Virus record (IMG/VR): IMGVR_UViG_3300028293_000005
Coordinates: 1-64,000 of that record
Origin: a virus
Lineage: Duplodnaviria > Caudoviricetes
Direction: 5' to 3' (one strand)
DNA: 64,000 nt
The position numbers were made by a program, and so were the translations under genes. Positions 8,569 through 17,876 of the stretch are shown piece after piece; the stretch's first letter is position 1; each line of letters opens with the position of its first letter. The notes under the pieces were generated by a model. That model was given only the letters and a program-made list of their open reading frames with translations, had not been told where the DNA came from and ran no database searches.

Positions 8569-9270
8569 ATGAACGTGTTCGCTTACTACCGCGTGTCGTC
8601 CTGGGAGCAGGAAGACAAGACCGGGTTGCCACGACAACAGGACGTCGTCGCGAAGTTTGCCGCCGCGAATCAAATGGCAATCGTTCGCGAGTTCTCCGAG
8701 GTGCAGTCCGGCGGCGTGGACTTCGACGACCGCATAATGCTGGCAGCCATGCTCGACGAGGCTAAGACCATCGGCGCGGAAGCCATAGTGGTCGAGCGGA
8801 TTGACCGTCTCGCGCGCGACCTCATGGCCCAGGAAGTTTTCCTGCGCAGCGCGACCACCAAGGGCATCAAGGTTTTCACCGCGGACTCCGGTCAGGATAT
8901 GACCAACACCGATGACCCGAGCCGCGTTATGTTTCGTCAAATTATGGGAGCGTTATCACAGTGGGAAAAAGCAGTCATCGTGAAGAAGCTGCAGGACGGT
9001 CGGCGCCGGATGGCCGAGAAGACCGGGCAACCATGCGGAGGCCCGCCGCGGTATGGGTTCCATCCGGACCCCAAGGTGCGCGAGCGTCAGCGAGAGGTAA
9101 TCCGCCGCATCAAGCAGGCTCGCGCCGATGGGTTTTCCCACGCGCAAATTGCCGGCAGCCTGCGCGCAGCGGGGTTCGCCCCGCCGAACAGCGAAGTCTG
9201 GCACCGCGCAACGGTTTACAAATTATCCAAAGTGAACCTTGACAATCCGCCTGAAGGCGGCACTTATTAA
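8569..9270 (+). CDS. small serine recombinase (resolvase family) with C-terminal DNA-binding region
   Basis: AYYRVSS catalytic Ser, E-x-x-SG, VVERIDRLAR, EK..IV.KL..GR, PRYGF. Confidence 0.9.
   Translation: MNVFAYYRVSSWEQEDKTGLPRQQDVVAKFAAANQMAIVREFSEVQSGGVDFDDRIMLAAMLDEAKTIGAEAIVVERIDRLARDLMAQEVFLRSATTKGIKVFTADSGQDMTNTDDPSRVMFRQIMGALSQWEKAVIVKKLQDGRRRMAEKTGQPCGGPPRYGFHPDPKVRERQREVIRRIKQARADGFSHAQIAGSLRAAGFAPPNSEVWHRATVYKLSKVNLDNPPEGGTY
9239..9268 (+). promoter_or_regulatory. promoter motif TTGACA-N16-CACTTATT
   Basis: Overlaps recombinase 3' end; no ORF follows until 9857. Confidence 0.75.
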
Positions 9271-9274
9271 GGGA

Positions 9275-9850
9275 CAGTTGCTCTTTGACAATTTCTTGGC
9301 CTCCCAGAAAACCGGGAGCGTGCATAGCGTTAAAAGCCAAGATGTGTGCGACCCTTCGGGGCCGCATCCGTCAGCTGACGTCTCGGGACGAAAAATATCG
9401 AGACGACCAAAGTCCTGCAACACAGTGCGACGGCACTCAGCAGGCCGGGAGGACATCCGGTTAGCTACCGCCTCCCGCTAATCTTAGTGGGTTCCTTTCG
9501 GGACCCCCGGTATAAAGAGCCCGGCGGCTAGGGCCACGATAGGGTCCACCAATTTTGGACGCAAGGCAGCCCGCGACGGCGGACGGGACGAGGATACCTC
9601 CAACCCGTGAGACCAAAAGTAAGGCAACAGTGCTTCTGTTGCTCCGGTAAGAACCCGGCGTGTAGGGTCCCGATAGCATCCACCAATTTTGGCAGAACGG
9701 AACGTTTTGGCCGCGCACCCAAGGGTCCGGCAAAGGGCGTTTTAGATTCCGGCCTGCCAGCGGGGAAATGGCGACACACGGGCGCAGCCCAGAAGGGAAA
9801 CCCCGTCGCCCGCAGAGTCGGCGTTACAGGCTCCAATAAACACGCCCTTT
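9275..9850 (+). ncRNA. candidate large structured non-coding RNA / leader upstream of terL
   Basis: Many stems incl. C(UUCG)G and G(GAAA)C loops; two ~50-nt imperfect repeats ending TCCACCAATTTTGG; boundaries approximate. Confidence 0.5.
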
Positions 9851-9856
9851 ACTTTT

Positions 9857-11788
9857 ATGGCGCTGGCCGAGACGCACCCTGTTAAAGGGTTGTTGCGGGA
9901 GACCGCGAGACTGATTCACGGCGGTGACGTGTTCACTGCCGCGCGGCTGGTCCGTGCCTGGGCCGCGCAGAGCAACCCGGAAATTTCCAAGCAGTCCGTC
10001 GAGACCAAGAAGAAATCTTACGAGATGCTCACGCTCCTGTTGCATTGGGCGCTGAACAACGGAGCGACCGAAGAGGCCGCTCAACTTCTCTGGACCCCTA
10101 ACCAGTTCGACCCCCGCCCGCACAACACGCAGCGGGTTTGGTCCGCGTTCGACGAGCAGGACTTTATTTTGCTGATGGGCGCCGGCAAGCAGTCGAAGTC
10201 TTTTTCGATGGCAATCCGGCTTTTTCTGGAATGGGTCCGCGACCCGGAGTATACCTCGATTCGCGTGCTGGGGCCTAGTGAAGACCACCTGGAGCAAAAC
10301 CTTTTCTCGCACCTCGTCACGCTTCACCGGGAGTCCGCAATCCCTCTCCCGGGCGAGATTGGCAAGCTGTTCATCGGGCTAGACCAGCGCGCGAAGCGGG
10401 GCTCGATTACCGGCGTGGTGATTCCTCAAGGCAAGAAAGCCGCCGGCCGGCTGCAGGGTGTCGCGCGGTTTCGGCGCAAGAAGCCTCATCCCCTGTTCGG
10501 CGAGACGTCGCGGCTGTTCGTGTTCGTCGATGAAATTTCGAACCTCCCGAAGGGGCTGTGGCACGACATCGACAACTTGCTGTCGAACGCTTCCGGCAAG
10601 GGCGGGCTGAAGGTGGCCGGCGCGTTCAACCCCTCGGACCGCAACGACGACGTGGGCGTGCGCGTGGAGCCACAGTTCGGCTGGGCCAGTTTTGACCCGG
10701 ACTTGCATTTTGATTGGATGTCTACGCGCGGCTGGTGGACCGTCCGGCTGGACGCGATGCAGTCCGAAAACATCAAGCAAAAGCGCGAGGTGTATCCCGG
10801 CATGCAGACCTACGAGGGCATGCAGCAGATTATCGCCAACGCTGGCGGGCTCGACTCGCCCGGGTATTGGACGATGGTGCGCGGCTGCTTCCCGCCGCTG
10901 GGCATGGTTCTCGCGGTGATTCCCTCGGGTCTCACCACAACCTGGAAAGCCGAACCGATTTGGTATGACACGCCCACGCCCGTCGGTGGCGCGGACTTGG
11001 CACTCGAAGGCGGCGACACGTGCGAATTCGCCAGCGGACTTTTCGGCCGCGCGTCCGCGGTGAAGATGCCCCCGAGCCTGGAGTTCCCCGGCGGACAGGT
11101 CGTGTGGTTCTACGACCGCAACGGGCACAAGGCGCCCCGGCACCTGCTCCTGGCACAAAAGATTTTTCACATTCCGAAAGGGGACACCTTCACGATGGGC
11201 GACGCGATTATGCGCCTCGCGCGGGAGCTGCATATCAAGCCGGAATACCTCGCGATAGACCGGACCGGCAACGGGCAGGGCGTGTTCGACTATATGAAGG
11301 TCAAGGGCTGGCGCTGCCACGGCGTGAACTTTTACGAGAGCGCCAGCGAGACGCGCATCATGGCCGAGGACGAAGCGACTGCGAAGGAACTCTACGACCG
11401 GGTGAACAGCGAGCTTTGGTTCGCGGTCAAGCGATGGCTGGAGTTTCGGTTCTTATACGTGGCCCTCGGCATGGACGTCGCGGACCTCACGGGGGAGTTG
11501 ACGGACCGGCTGTTCCGGATGGTTGGGAAAAAGTCCCACGTCGAATCCAAGCGCGACTGGAAGTCTCGCCACGCCGGCAAGTCGCCGAACCTCGCCGACG
11601 CGTTTACGCTGTTGATTCACGCCGCGCGCAAGGGAAGCGGGTTCATCCCATCCATGGCCGGCGACGACTCGATTGAACCCACAAATGTGCAATCCTCGGA
11701 ATGGGACCCGCACGCCCGCGACCTGGGATGCGACCGGGTGAACCGGTTCTATGATTTGGATACCGCGGACGAGGATTTAGAATTGTGA
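9857..11788 (+). CDS. terL: terminase large subunit
   Basis: LLMGAGKQSKS Walker A variant, FVFVDE Walker B, GADLA, IDRTGNG, SPNLADA nuclease motifs. Confidence 0.85.
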   Translation: MALAETHPVKGLLRETARLIHGGDVFTAARLVRAWAAQSNPEISKQSVETKKKSYEMLTLLLHWALNNGATEEAAQLLWTPNQFDPRPHNTQRVWSAFDEQDFILLMGAGKQSKSFSMAIRLFLEWVRDPEYTSIRVLGPSEDHLEQNLFSHLVTLHRESAIPLPGEIGKLFIGLDQRAKRGSITGVVIPQGKKAAGRLQGVARFRRKKPHPLFGETSRLFVFVDEISNLPKGLWHDIDNLLSNASGKGGLKVAGAFNPSDRNDDVGVRVEPQFGWASFDPDLHFDWMSTRGWWTVRLDAMQSENIKQKREVYPGMQTYEGMQQIIANAGGLDSPGYWTMVRGCFPPLGMVLAVIPSGLTTTWKAEPIWYDTPTPVGGADLALEGGDTCEFASGLFGRASAVKMPPSLEFPGGQVVWFYDRNGHKAPRHLLLAQKIFHIPKGDTFTMGDAIMRLARELHIKPEYLAIDRTGNGQGVFDYMKVKGWRCHGVNFYESASETRIMAEDEATAKELYDRVNSELWFAVKRWLEFRFLYVALGMDVADLTGELTDRLFRMVGKKSHVESKRDWKSRHAGKSPNLADAFTLLIHAARKGSGFIPSMAGDDSIEPTNVQSSEWDPHARDLGCDRVNRFYDLDTADEDLEL

Positions 11789-11794
11789 ATTTTT

Positions 11795-12094
11795 ATGGCT
11801 CTCAGATTTAACCGAGGTCTCTTTCCCCCAGGCGGTTGGGTGTATATAGACAGCACCGGCGTAACCCACTTGGGCAAGTCCTTCGCCCAGCTGGTCTCGC
11901 GCGTGATTAACTACCGTATCATCAACCGCTTGCCTGTGGGCGACCCCGCGGTGGAGATTGATGACCAGCTTTGCAAGAACTTTCCTGGTTATTGCAGAAG
12001 CTCCTCTGCCGCAAGCAGTCCCAAACGAGTCGTCCCCCAACCCGGTCCCGGATGCACGTCATGCAAAAAATCAAGGCGGTCAAAACCGCGATAA
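11795..12094 (+). CDS. hypothetical Cys-containing protein (PPGGW motif)
   Basis: Follows terL; overlaps next ORF. Confidence 0.65.
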   Translation: MALRFNRGLFPPGGWVYIDSTGVTHLGKSFAQLVSRVINYRIINRLPVGDPAVEIDDQLCKNFPGYCRSSSAASSPKRVVPQPGPGCTSCKKSRRSKPR

Positions 12095-12312
12095 AGGCCG
12101 TCAAGCGGGTGATTGTGGCCGCGGCCACCGGCTCCAAAGTATTCGTGGGGCCGGAGATAGCCGCCCAGCGATTGGACGCCTGCCACCGGTGCCCGCACTT
12201 CAAGCCGAAGACCCGGCAGTGCGGGCTGTGCCTTTGTTTTGTGGACACTAAGGCCAAGCTGACCACGGAGTCCTGTCCGGACCATCGATGGGTTATCACG
12301 AATGTAGGTTGA
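12052..12312 (+). CDS. Cys-rich zinc-binding protein (CxxC...CxxCxC...CP)
   Basis: QRLDACHRCP...CGLCLCFVDTKAKL...CPDHRW; start 12052 or 12061. Confidence 0.7.
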   Translation: MHVMQKIKAVKTAIKAVKRVIVAAATGSKVFVGPEIAAQRLDACHRCPHFKPKTRQCGLCLCFVDTKAKLTTESCPDHRWVITNVG

Positions 12313-12338
12313 CAAATCAATGATTCTCAACACTTATT
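12309..12338 (+). promoter_or_regulatory. promoter motif TTGACA-N16-CACTTATT
   Basis: -35 contains TGA stop 12310-12312; ATG 6 nt downstream. Confidence 0.8.
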
Positions 12339-12344
12339 AAGAAG

Positions 12345-12815
12345 ATGACCGAGACCGCAATCCAGAAATGTTCTAAGTGCGCCGTCGTCCTTACGGACGA
12401 AAACGGGTATCGAGTCAAGGCCACCGGCCGGTTCAATTATTATTGTTGCACATGCGCGGTCGAATATAACAAAGCGCGGTATCAACGGGACCCGGAACGG
12501 GAACGTCGTGAGCAACGAGAATATCGCAAGAAAAACCCGGAACAGATGCGGAAGCATCAGTTGAAACGTGACCACAACACGACGCCCGAATGGGTCGAGC
12601 AAAAATCCTCGGAACAATGTGGATGTTGCGCCATTTGCTGGGAGCCGCTGCCTAAAAATCCGCCGGTAGACCACGACCATAATACGGGCGAGAATCGCGG
12701 ACTTCTGTGTTCGAAGTGTAATTTTGGGCTTGGCCAGTTTGACGACCAGCCGCAGCGCCTTTTGAGCGCGATAGAATATCTGAAAAAGTATGCCACTGGC
12801 ACCTTCCCTTCCTGA
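12345..12815 (+). CDS. endonuclease VII-type HNH homing endonuclease
   Basis: CAIC...VDHDH.TG..RGLLC..CN.GLG.F.D motif. Confidence 0.9.
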   Translation: MTETAIQKCSKCAVVLTDENGYRVKATGRFNYYCCTCAVEYNKARYQRDPERERREQREYRKKNPEQMRKHQLKRDHNTTPEWVEQKSSEQCGCCAICWEPLPKNPPVDHDHNTGENRGLLCSKCNFGLGQFDDQPQRLLSAIEYLKKYATGTFPS

Positions 12816-14949
12816 ACCGAGTTACGCAGGCGCGCCGCCGGGAGATTTCAAGGGCGCTGTTTCTCCTCCGGACCTTAACAAGCAACTGAAGCCCGGCAAT
12901 CGGGCAATTCGGGATGCTGTGCAAGCGAGGAACATTGTAATGGTTTTGCTTGCGGCCTCGCGGGAAAGGAATTTGAAAAATGCCCGGATACAGGCCAAAG
13001 TCAACAGCGAGAAACCGCACCGCACGGACGCGCTGGAGAACGAAGGCTTGTCTTGGAAAGCAAATTTTTCAACCAAAGTCCTCGCGATGCTCGTCGAAAA
13101 GGTCGCCCCGCGATTCGTGCAGGCGATTGACGGTGTCAAATACCTCACCAACTCGAAACTTCCGGACGATATCGACGGCGCCGCGGTGAAAACCGAGGCC
13201 TTCCGGCGCGAAATTACCGCGCTGTGTCGCAACCGCGCCGGCTGGCGTGATTTTTTGGGTGACCTTGCACAGGAAAACGCACTTTTCGGCTGGGCAGTGG
13301 TCGCTTGGCTCGATGAATTCAGTTGGATGCCGAAGTTTTTCCGACAAGATTTCGCCGCGGTGCCCACCGGCACGAAGCCAATCCCGGGAAAAGCGCAGGT
13401 CGTCTGTCTGAAAGAGGTTTTTTTGCTCCACGAGCTGTTCGAACTGATTAGCGACAAGAAAGCCGCCGAAACTCGCGGATGGAATCTCGAAAACACGGTC
13501 CAGATTATCAATTCCGCGATGCCGCAGGACCGCCGCTCGCAGTATTCCGCGTGGGAACGCGTTTACGAGGACCTGATTCGCGAATCGAACCTCGGACTAT
13601 CGCACGAAAGCGGTGCGCGCGTGGTTGTCGTGTGGCATTTGCTCGCTACGGAGATTGACGGGCAGGTTTCCCACTACATTTTCGAGGAAAAAACTTTCAC
13701 CGAGCTGTTCACGAGCGAGGACCAGTATAAATCGATGGCGGACGCCGCCGCGTTCTTCACTTTTCAGCAGGGCAACGGCACCGTGCATGGTTCGAAGGGA
13801 ATCGGACGCGAACTTTACTCCATCGCGGGCATCATTGACCGCTCGCGCAACGAAGTCGTGGACCGGTTGAACCTTTCCGGCAAGGTTATCATCCAGGCGG
13901 ACGAAAAAGTCCTCAAACGCTTCCGAATGTCGGTCGTCGGCAACGCGATTCTCATTGCGCAAGGCTACAGCGTGCTCGAACGCAAGCTGGACGCCGCGGT
14001 GGAGCCCTTTATCGAGCTTGACCAGTTTCTGACCGGACTGCTCGACCAGATGGCCGGCGCTACGACGCCAAAAGCGTTGCAGGGCGAGCGCGTGACCAAG
14101 GCCGCGGTGGATTTTCTCGCCTCACGTGAAGAAGAGACCAAGGATAACGTCATCTCGCGGTTCCTCACGCAATTTTCCGCGGCGATGACCACGATTCAGC
14201 GGCGCGCCTGCGACCCGGACACCTCCGAGGACGACGCGAAGGAAATGCAGAAGCGTCTTCTCATGGTCATGTCCAGGGAAGAACTGAAAATGATTTCGGA
14301 GATGCCCTCGACTGAGACCGTCAAGGACTACACCGAAATTAAACGGCAGCAGGTCGTCATCATCGCGCAGGAAGCCCGCGGCAACGCGCTCTACAACGCC
14401 AAAGAGATTGAACGGCGCAAACTTATCGCGCTCGTGGACGAAGAGTTCGCGAATTCGGTGTTGCTGCCAGACAACGACCCGACGGAACAAGCCGAGCAGG
14501 CCCGTGCGCAGATGATTGAGCTGGCGTCTCTGATTATTCCGCAGGCAACAGAAGTTCCTGTGTCGCCGCGCGACAATCACCTCATTCACCTGCAGATTGC
14601 GATGCCCGCGTTGGAGTCCACCGCGCAGCAAGCGGTCCAGGACCCGCACGCGCTGCCCGTGCTCATCGCGATTTTGAAGCACTGCGCCGCGCACGAGCAA
14701 ATTGGTTTGCAGACCGGCGTGGACAAGGCGGCAATGAAACCTTTCTCGGACATTATCGCGAAGCTCACGGCGCAGATGCCGAAGCTCATCGAGTCCGCAC
14801 AGCAACATGCGGCGATTCAGCAACGTCACGCGGAACTGGCAGCCGGGGCGCAGCCAGGGCCAACCGACGAAGCTGGCAACCCGATTCCGGGCGCGCCGCC
14901 ACCGACAGAAATGCCACCAGAACCAGCTGCCCCCGCACCGACACCCTAG
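12790..14949 (+). CDS. portal protein
   Basis: 719-aa helical protein between terL and scaffold; podovirus-type portal size and composition. Confidence 0.7.
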   Translation: MPLAPSLPEPSYAGAPPGDFKGAVSPPDLNKQLKPGNRAIRDAVQARNIVMVLLAASRERNLKNARIQAKVNSEKPHRTDALENEGLSWKANFSTKVLAMLVEKVAPRFVQAIDGVKYLTNSKLPDDIDGAAVKTEAFRREITALCRNRAGWRDFLGDLAQENALFGWAVVAWLDEFSWMPKFFRQDFAAVPTGTKPIPGKAQVVCLKEVFLLHELFELISDKKAAETRGWNLENTVQIINSAMPQDRRSQYSAWERVYEDLIRESNLGLSHESGARVVVVWHLLATEIDGQVSHYIFEEKTFTELFTSEDQYKSMADAAAFFTFQQGNGTVHGSKGIGRELYSIAGIIDRSRNEVVDRLNLSGKVIIQADEKVLKRFRMSVVGNAILIAQGYSVLERKLDAAVEPFIELDQFLTGLLDQMAGATTPKALQGERVTKAAVDFLASREEETKDNVISRFLTQFSAAMTTIQRRACDPDTSEDDAKEMQKRLLMVMSREELKMISEMPSTETVKDYTEIKRQQVVIIAQEARGNALYNAKEIERRKLIALVDEEFANSVLLPDNDPTEQAEQARAQMIELASLIIPQATEVPVSPRDNHLIHLQIAMPALESTAQQAVQDPHALPVLIAILKHCAAHEQIGLQTGVDKAAMKPFSDIIAKLTAQMPKLIESAQQHAAIQQRHAELAAGAQPGPTDEAGNPIPGAPPPTEMPPEPAAPAPTP

Positions 14950-14973
14950 CATTCGGTCTAACCCTACAGACCC

Positions 14974-15282
14974 ATGATTTCAACTGAACCCAGCAAATGG
15001 GATAGCGACGACGCGAAGATTCTTAAAGACTTCCTCGCGAGCACGACCGGCGCTATCGCTCTGCAGCATGTGCTTTTCGCCATGCCTGCTTTTTCCGACG
15101 CGAACCCGCATGCGACTTTGGTGTCGTCCTGCCTACGCGAAGGCTACCAGCGCGCCGTCCAGGCGCTGTTGGATTTACAGACCCATCAACCACCGCAGGC
15201 CGAGCCGGAATCCAATTACCCTAGTTTGGATGACGACAGCAAATGGAACGACGGAGTTCAACCGGCCGAAGAAATTACATAA
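14974..15282 (+). CDS. hypothetical protein
   Basis: Typical post-portal small ORF. Confidence 0.7.
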   Translation: MISTEPSKWDSDDAKILKDFLASTTGAIALQHVLFAMPAFSDANPHATLVSSCLREGYQRAVQALLDLQTHQPPQAEPESNYPSLDDDSKWNDGVQPAEEIT

Positions 15283-15285
15283 CCT

Positions 15286-16581
15286 ATGGCAACCACAAAC
15301 CCCAATGCATCCGGCGTGGACTTAAGCGGCAACCTGCCGTCCATTTCCGCCGAAACCTCTAGCGCGCTCGACGAGTTGTTGAAACAGCAGGACCAGGACA
15401 ACGCTCCTCCGGTTCCTGGTGCAACAGGCCCCGCTACCGGCAACCCCGGTCCGACTGGACCGACCCCTGAAGCTATTGCTGCGGCCGACGCCTCCCGAGA
15501 CCCGAAGACTGGGAAGTTCCTTCCAAAGACCGAGCCTGGGCCGTCTGGCCCTACAGGCCCCGGGGCACCGAATGCCCCCGCGACCGATGCTTTTGCCGAC
15601 GTGCAGGCCCCGCAACTGAAGGGCAAATCTGCCGAGGCTTTTGAAAACATCAAGCGGCTCGCGAACGAAAAGCTACTCACTCTGCAGACGGAGCGCGACA
15701 CGTTCGAGAAGCAAATCAAGGAGCTGAATGAAAAGGTTGGCCGGCTGGACCCGAAGGTAGAAGCTGAGTTGAAGGACCTTCGCGAATTCCGGCGCAAGCT
15801 GGACGTTGAGGCCGACCCCGAGTTCAAGAAGTTCGACGACGAGTCAAATGCTCAGACCGAGTCGATTTACGGAAAGCTTTTATCTGTGGGGGTGCCGGAC
15901 CACACCATCGAAAAAATTAAGTCGATGGGCGGCGTTTTCAAGGTGCAATGGGACCCGATTTTGGAGAAGCTGCCATCCGCCGCCAAGCGGTTTATCGAGG
16001 TGAAGCTGACCCAGCTCGAGGACCTCAAGGAGAAAAAGACCGCGGCTATCACAACGGCGAAGAAAAACTCCGAGGAATTTTTGACCCAGCGAGCCCAGGC
16101 TGGCGAGGTCGCAAAGAAAGAGTATCGCGAAAAGGCCGCGACAACGCTCGATTCCATGCTGCCGAAGCTGGATTGGTTCGTGGAGAAAAAAGCCACGGAC
16201 AAATCCACCGAGGCCGAGAAGGCGTCCATCACCGAACACAACAAGCTTTTGACCGAGACCAAGGAAGCCATTAAAGAGGCTATCGACGACGACAGCCCGG
16301 AGATGCGGGCGTTCCTGGCAGTTGGTCTGGCCCAGCTTATGAAGCTGCGCGCCGACTACTCGTCCGCGACTGCCGCGCACAAGTTCGAAGTCGAGAAGCT
16401 GAAGGCGGAACTCGCCGCGGCCAACACCCTGTTGGAAAAAGTGAAGAAGGGTTCCACGAATCGCCTTCGCGACTCTGCGGCTGTTACGTCTATCGCTGCC
16501 GCCGGTGCCGGAAGTATCAACGAGAAACCCGCTGATGCGCTAGACCGGGCGCGGGCCGAGGTTGAAGCCCGACGCGGCTAA
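15286..16581 (+). CDS. putative scaffolding protein
   Basis: Low-complexity P/G/T N-terminus, long charged coiled coil, position between portal and capsid. Confidence 0.6.
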   Translation: MATTNPNASGVDLSGNLPSISAETSSALDELLKQQDQDNAPPVPGATGPATGNPGPTGPTPEAIAAADASRDPKTGKFLPKTEPGPSGPTGPGAPNAPATDAFADVQAPQLKGKSAEAFENIKRLANEKLLTLQTERDTFEKQIKELNEKVGRLDPKVEAELKDLREFRRKLDVEADPEFKKFDDESNAQTESIYGKLLSVGVPDHTIEKIKSMGGVFKVQWDPILEKLPSAAKRFIEVKLTQLEDLKEKKTAAITTAKKNSEEFLTQRAQAGEVAKKEYREKAATTLDSMLPKLDWFVEKKATDKSTEAEKASITEHNKLLTETKEAIKEAIDDDSPEMRAFLAVGLAQLMKLRADYSSATAAHKFEVEKLKAELAAANTLLEKVKKGSTNRLRDSAAVTSIAAAGAGSINEKPADALDRARAEVEARRG

Positions 16582-17073
16582 GTGAAGACGACGTTTATTT
16601 ATGCCTTGTGCGAACCGGGAACCCGGAAGGTCCGATACATCGGTAAATCGGACCATCCCAATAAACGGCTTCGTCGTCATCGGTTATATTCGCGCCGATT
16701 GAATTCGCATCTTGGGGCATGGCTGCGTTTAATTCATTCCAGGCAGGAACGGCCGGTTCTGATTGTCCTGGCTGAGGTTCCTTATTCCCAGTGGGAGGAA
16801 GAGGAGACCCGATATATTCGCGCAGCCCGATGTCTGGGGATGGACCTTGTGAACGCGACGGACGGAGGAGAAGGAGCAAATGGATTGTCGCCCGAGGCGC
16901 GGGCTCGATTGAGCGCGGCATTGAAAGGAAAGAAAAAATCACTGGAGCATTGTGCAGCGATTAGCGCGGGAAAAACCGGCGGGACTCGGGCCTTTTGCCG
17001 GGAAGAAACCCGAGAAAAGTCCCGCGCGCGGGCGATTCAAATGCCCAGAAATTCTTCTGGACAATTCATTTGA
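16582..17073 (+). CDS. GIY-YIG homing endonuclease
   Basis: IYALCEP...VRYIGKS, LVNATDGGEG. Confidence 0.85.
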   Translation: MKTTFIYALCEPGTRKVRYIGKSDHPNKRLRRHRLYSRRLNSHLGAWLRLIHSRQERPVLIVLAEVPYSQWEEEETRYIRAARCLGMDLVNATDGGEGANGLSPEARARLSAALKGKKKSLEHCAAISAGKTGGTRAFCREETREKSRARAIQMPRNSSGQFI

Positions 17074-17876
17074 AAAATCCTGTGTCACAAGTTTGCATTT
17101 GTCTTCCTGCCTATAAATCAATGGAGCCGAGAATGGCTTTCAGCGTCATGGGGCTCATTCACAATGGCAGAGGGCGGACCGCGGAGATGTTGGACTTCGG
17201 GGATGCTTTTATTGTGCATTCCCGTAACAAGCTCGCCGCGGGATTTTTGCAGACCAACATGGAATGGATGCTGACTATCGACGATGACATGGTCGTCCCT
17301 TGGGGAAATGCGAAACTTTTTAATTCGTTCACTCGTTTCAATCTGCCTGAGCGTTTTGCCGGATTTAACACTATCGACCGGCTTTTATCTCATGGCAAGA
17401 CTTTGGTTGGGGGCCTTTATTTTGGTCGCTGGCGCCATGGTAAGGCGATGTATGGCGAGGGTTCGGACCCGGATGAGCTTCGCTACGCCAAGCGCGGACC
17501 GTATGACCTCACCAAGCCCACCCGATGGGTTGGGACCGGGTGCATGCTGATTCACCGTTCGGTCCTGCTCGACATCGAGAAAGAATTCCCGCATCTCGCG
17601 CGCGGGCGCGACGGCAAAGGCGGTCAGTGGTTCACGTCGAGCGAGCATGACCTGCGGCACGCCTTCGAGGTCGTCAAGGACTGGCCAGACGCCGCGGAGG
17701 CGATGAAGTATCTCCGCGCCGCGGCGGTAAAATCAAAACGGCATTCGAGTTTGGGAATGGGCGAGGACGTCCAGTTCTGCATCCGCGCCACGCAGGCCGG
17801 GCACACGCCGCACGTGGACATGGGCCTGCTTTGCGGGCACATTGGAAGCTACTGTTATGGTGAACCCGCCAAATAA
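17070..17876 (+). CDS. GT-A fold glycosyltransferase (GT2-like)
   Basis: ICLPAY, SRNKL, TIDDDM (DxD), VGTGCMLIHRSV, GEDVQFC; TTG start overlapping HEG stop. Confidence 0.85.
   Translation: MKNPVSQVCICLPAYKSMEPRMAFSVMGLIHNGRGRTAEMLDFGDAFIVHSRNKLAAGFLQTNMEWMLTIDDDMVVPWGNAKLFNSFTRFNLPERFAGFNTIDRLLSHGKTLVGGLYFGRWRHGKAMYGEGSDPDELRYAKRGPYDLTKPTRWVGTGCMLIHRSVLLDIEKEFPHLARGRDGKGGQWFTSSEHDLRHAFEVVKDWPDAAEAMKYLRAAAVKSKRHSSLGMGEDVQFCIRATQAGHTPHVDMGLLCGHIGSYCYGEPAK

Noticed and set aside
8569-9270. IS607/IS200-605 transposon
   Set aside because: No N-terminal MerR-like HTH, no tnpB, no element ends seen
9375-9395. Hammerhead-like CTGAC-GTC(TCGG)GAC-GAAA
   Set aside because: Lacks the conserved G8-A9 of CUGANGA, and no flanking stems I/III were found
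9409-9663. RNase P-like words (AAAGTCC at 9409, AGAACCCGGCG near 9650) and group I P7-like GAGACC/GGGTCC
   Set aside because: RNase P P4 strands are not complementary; no interrupted gene or full group I core could be built by eye
9451-9692. tRNA/tmRNA genes suggested by two ...TCCACCA ends
   Set aside because: No TTCRA T-loop, D-arm or anticodon arm could be fitted; retained only as part of the ncRNA candidate
9507-9692. CRISPR mini-array
   Set aside because: Only two imperfect ~50-nt repeats, no cas genes; DUF2800-type nuclease is a common phage replication gene
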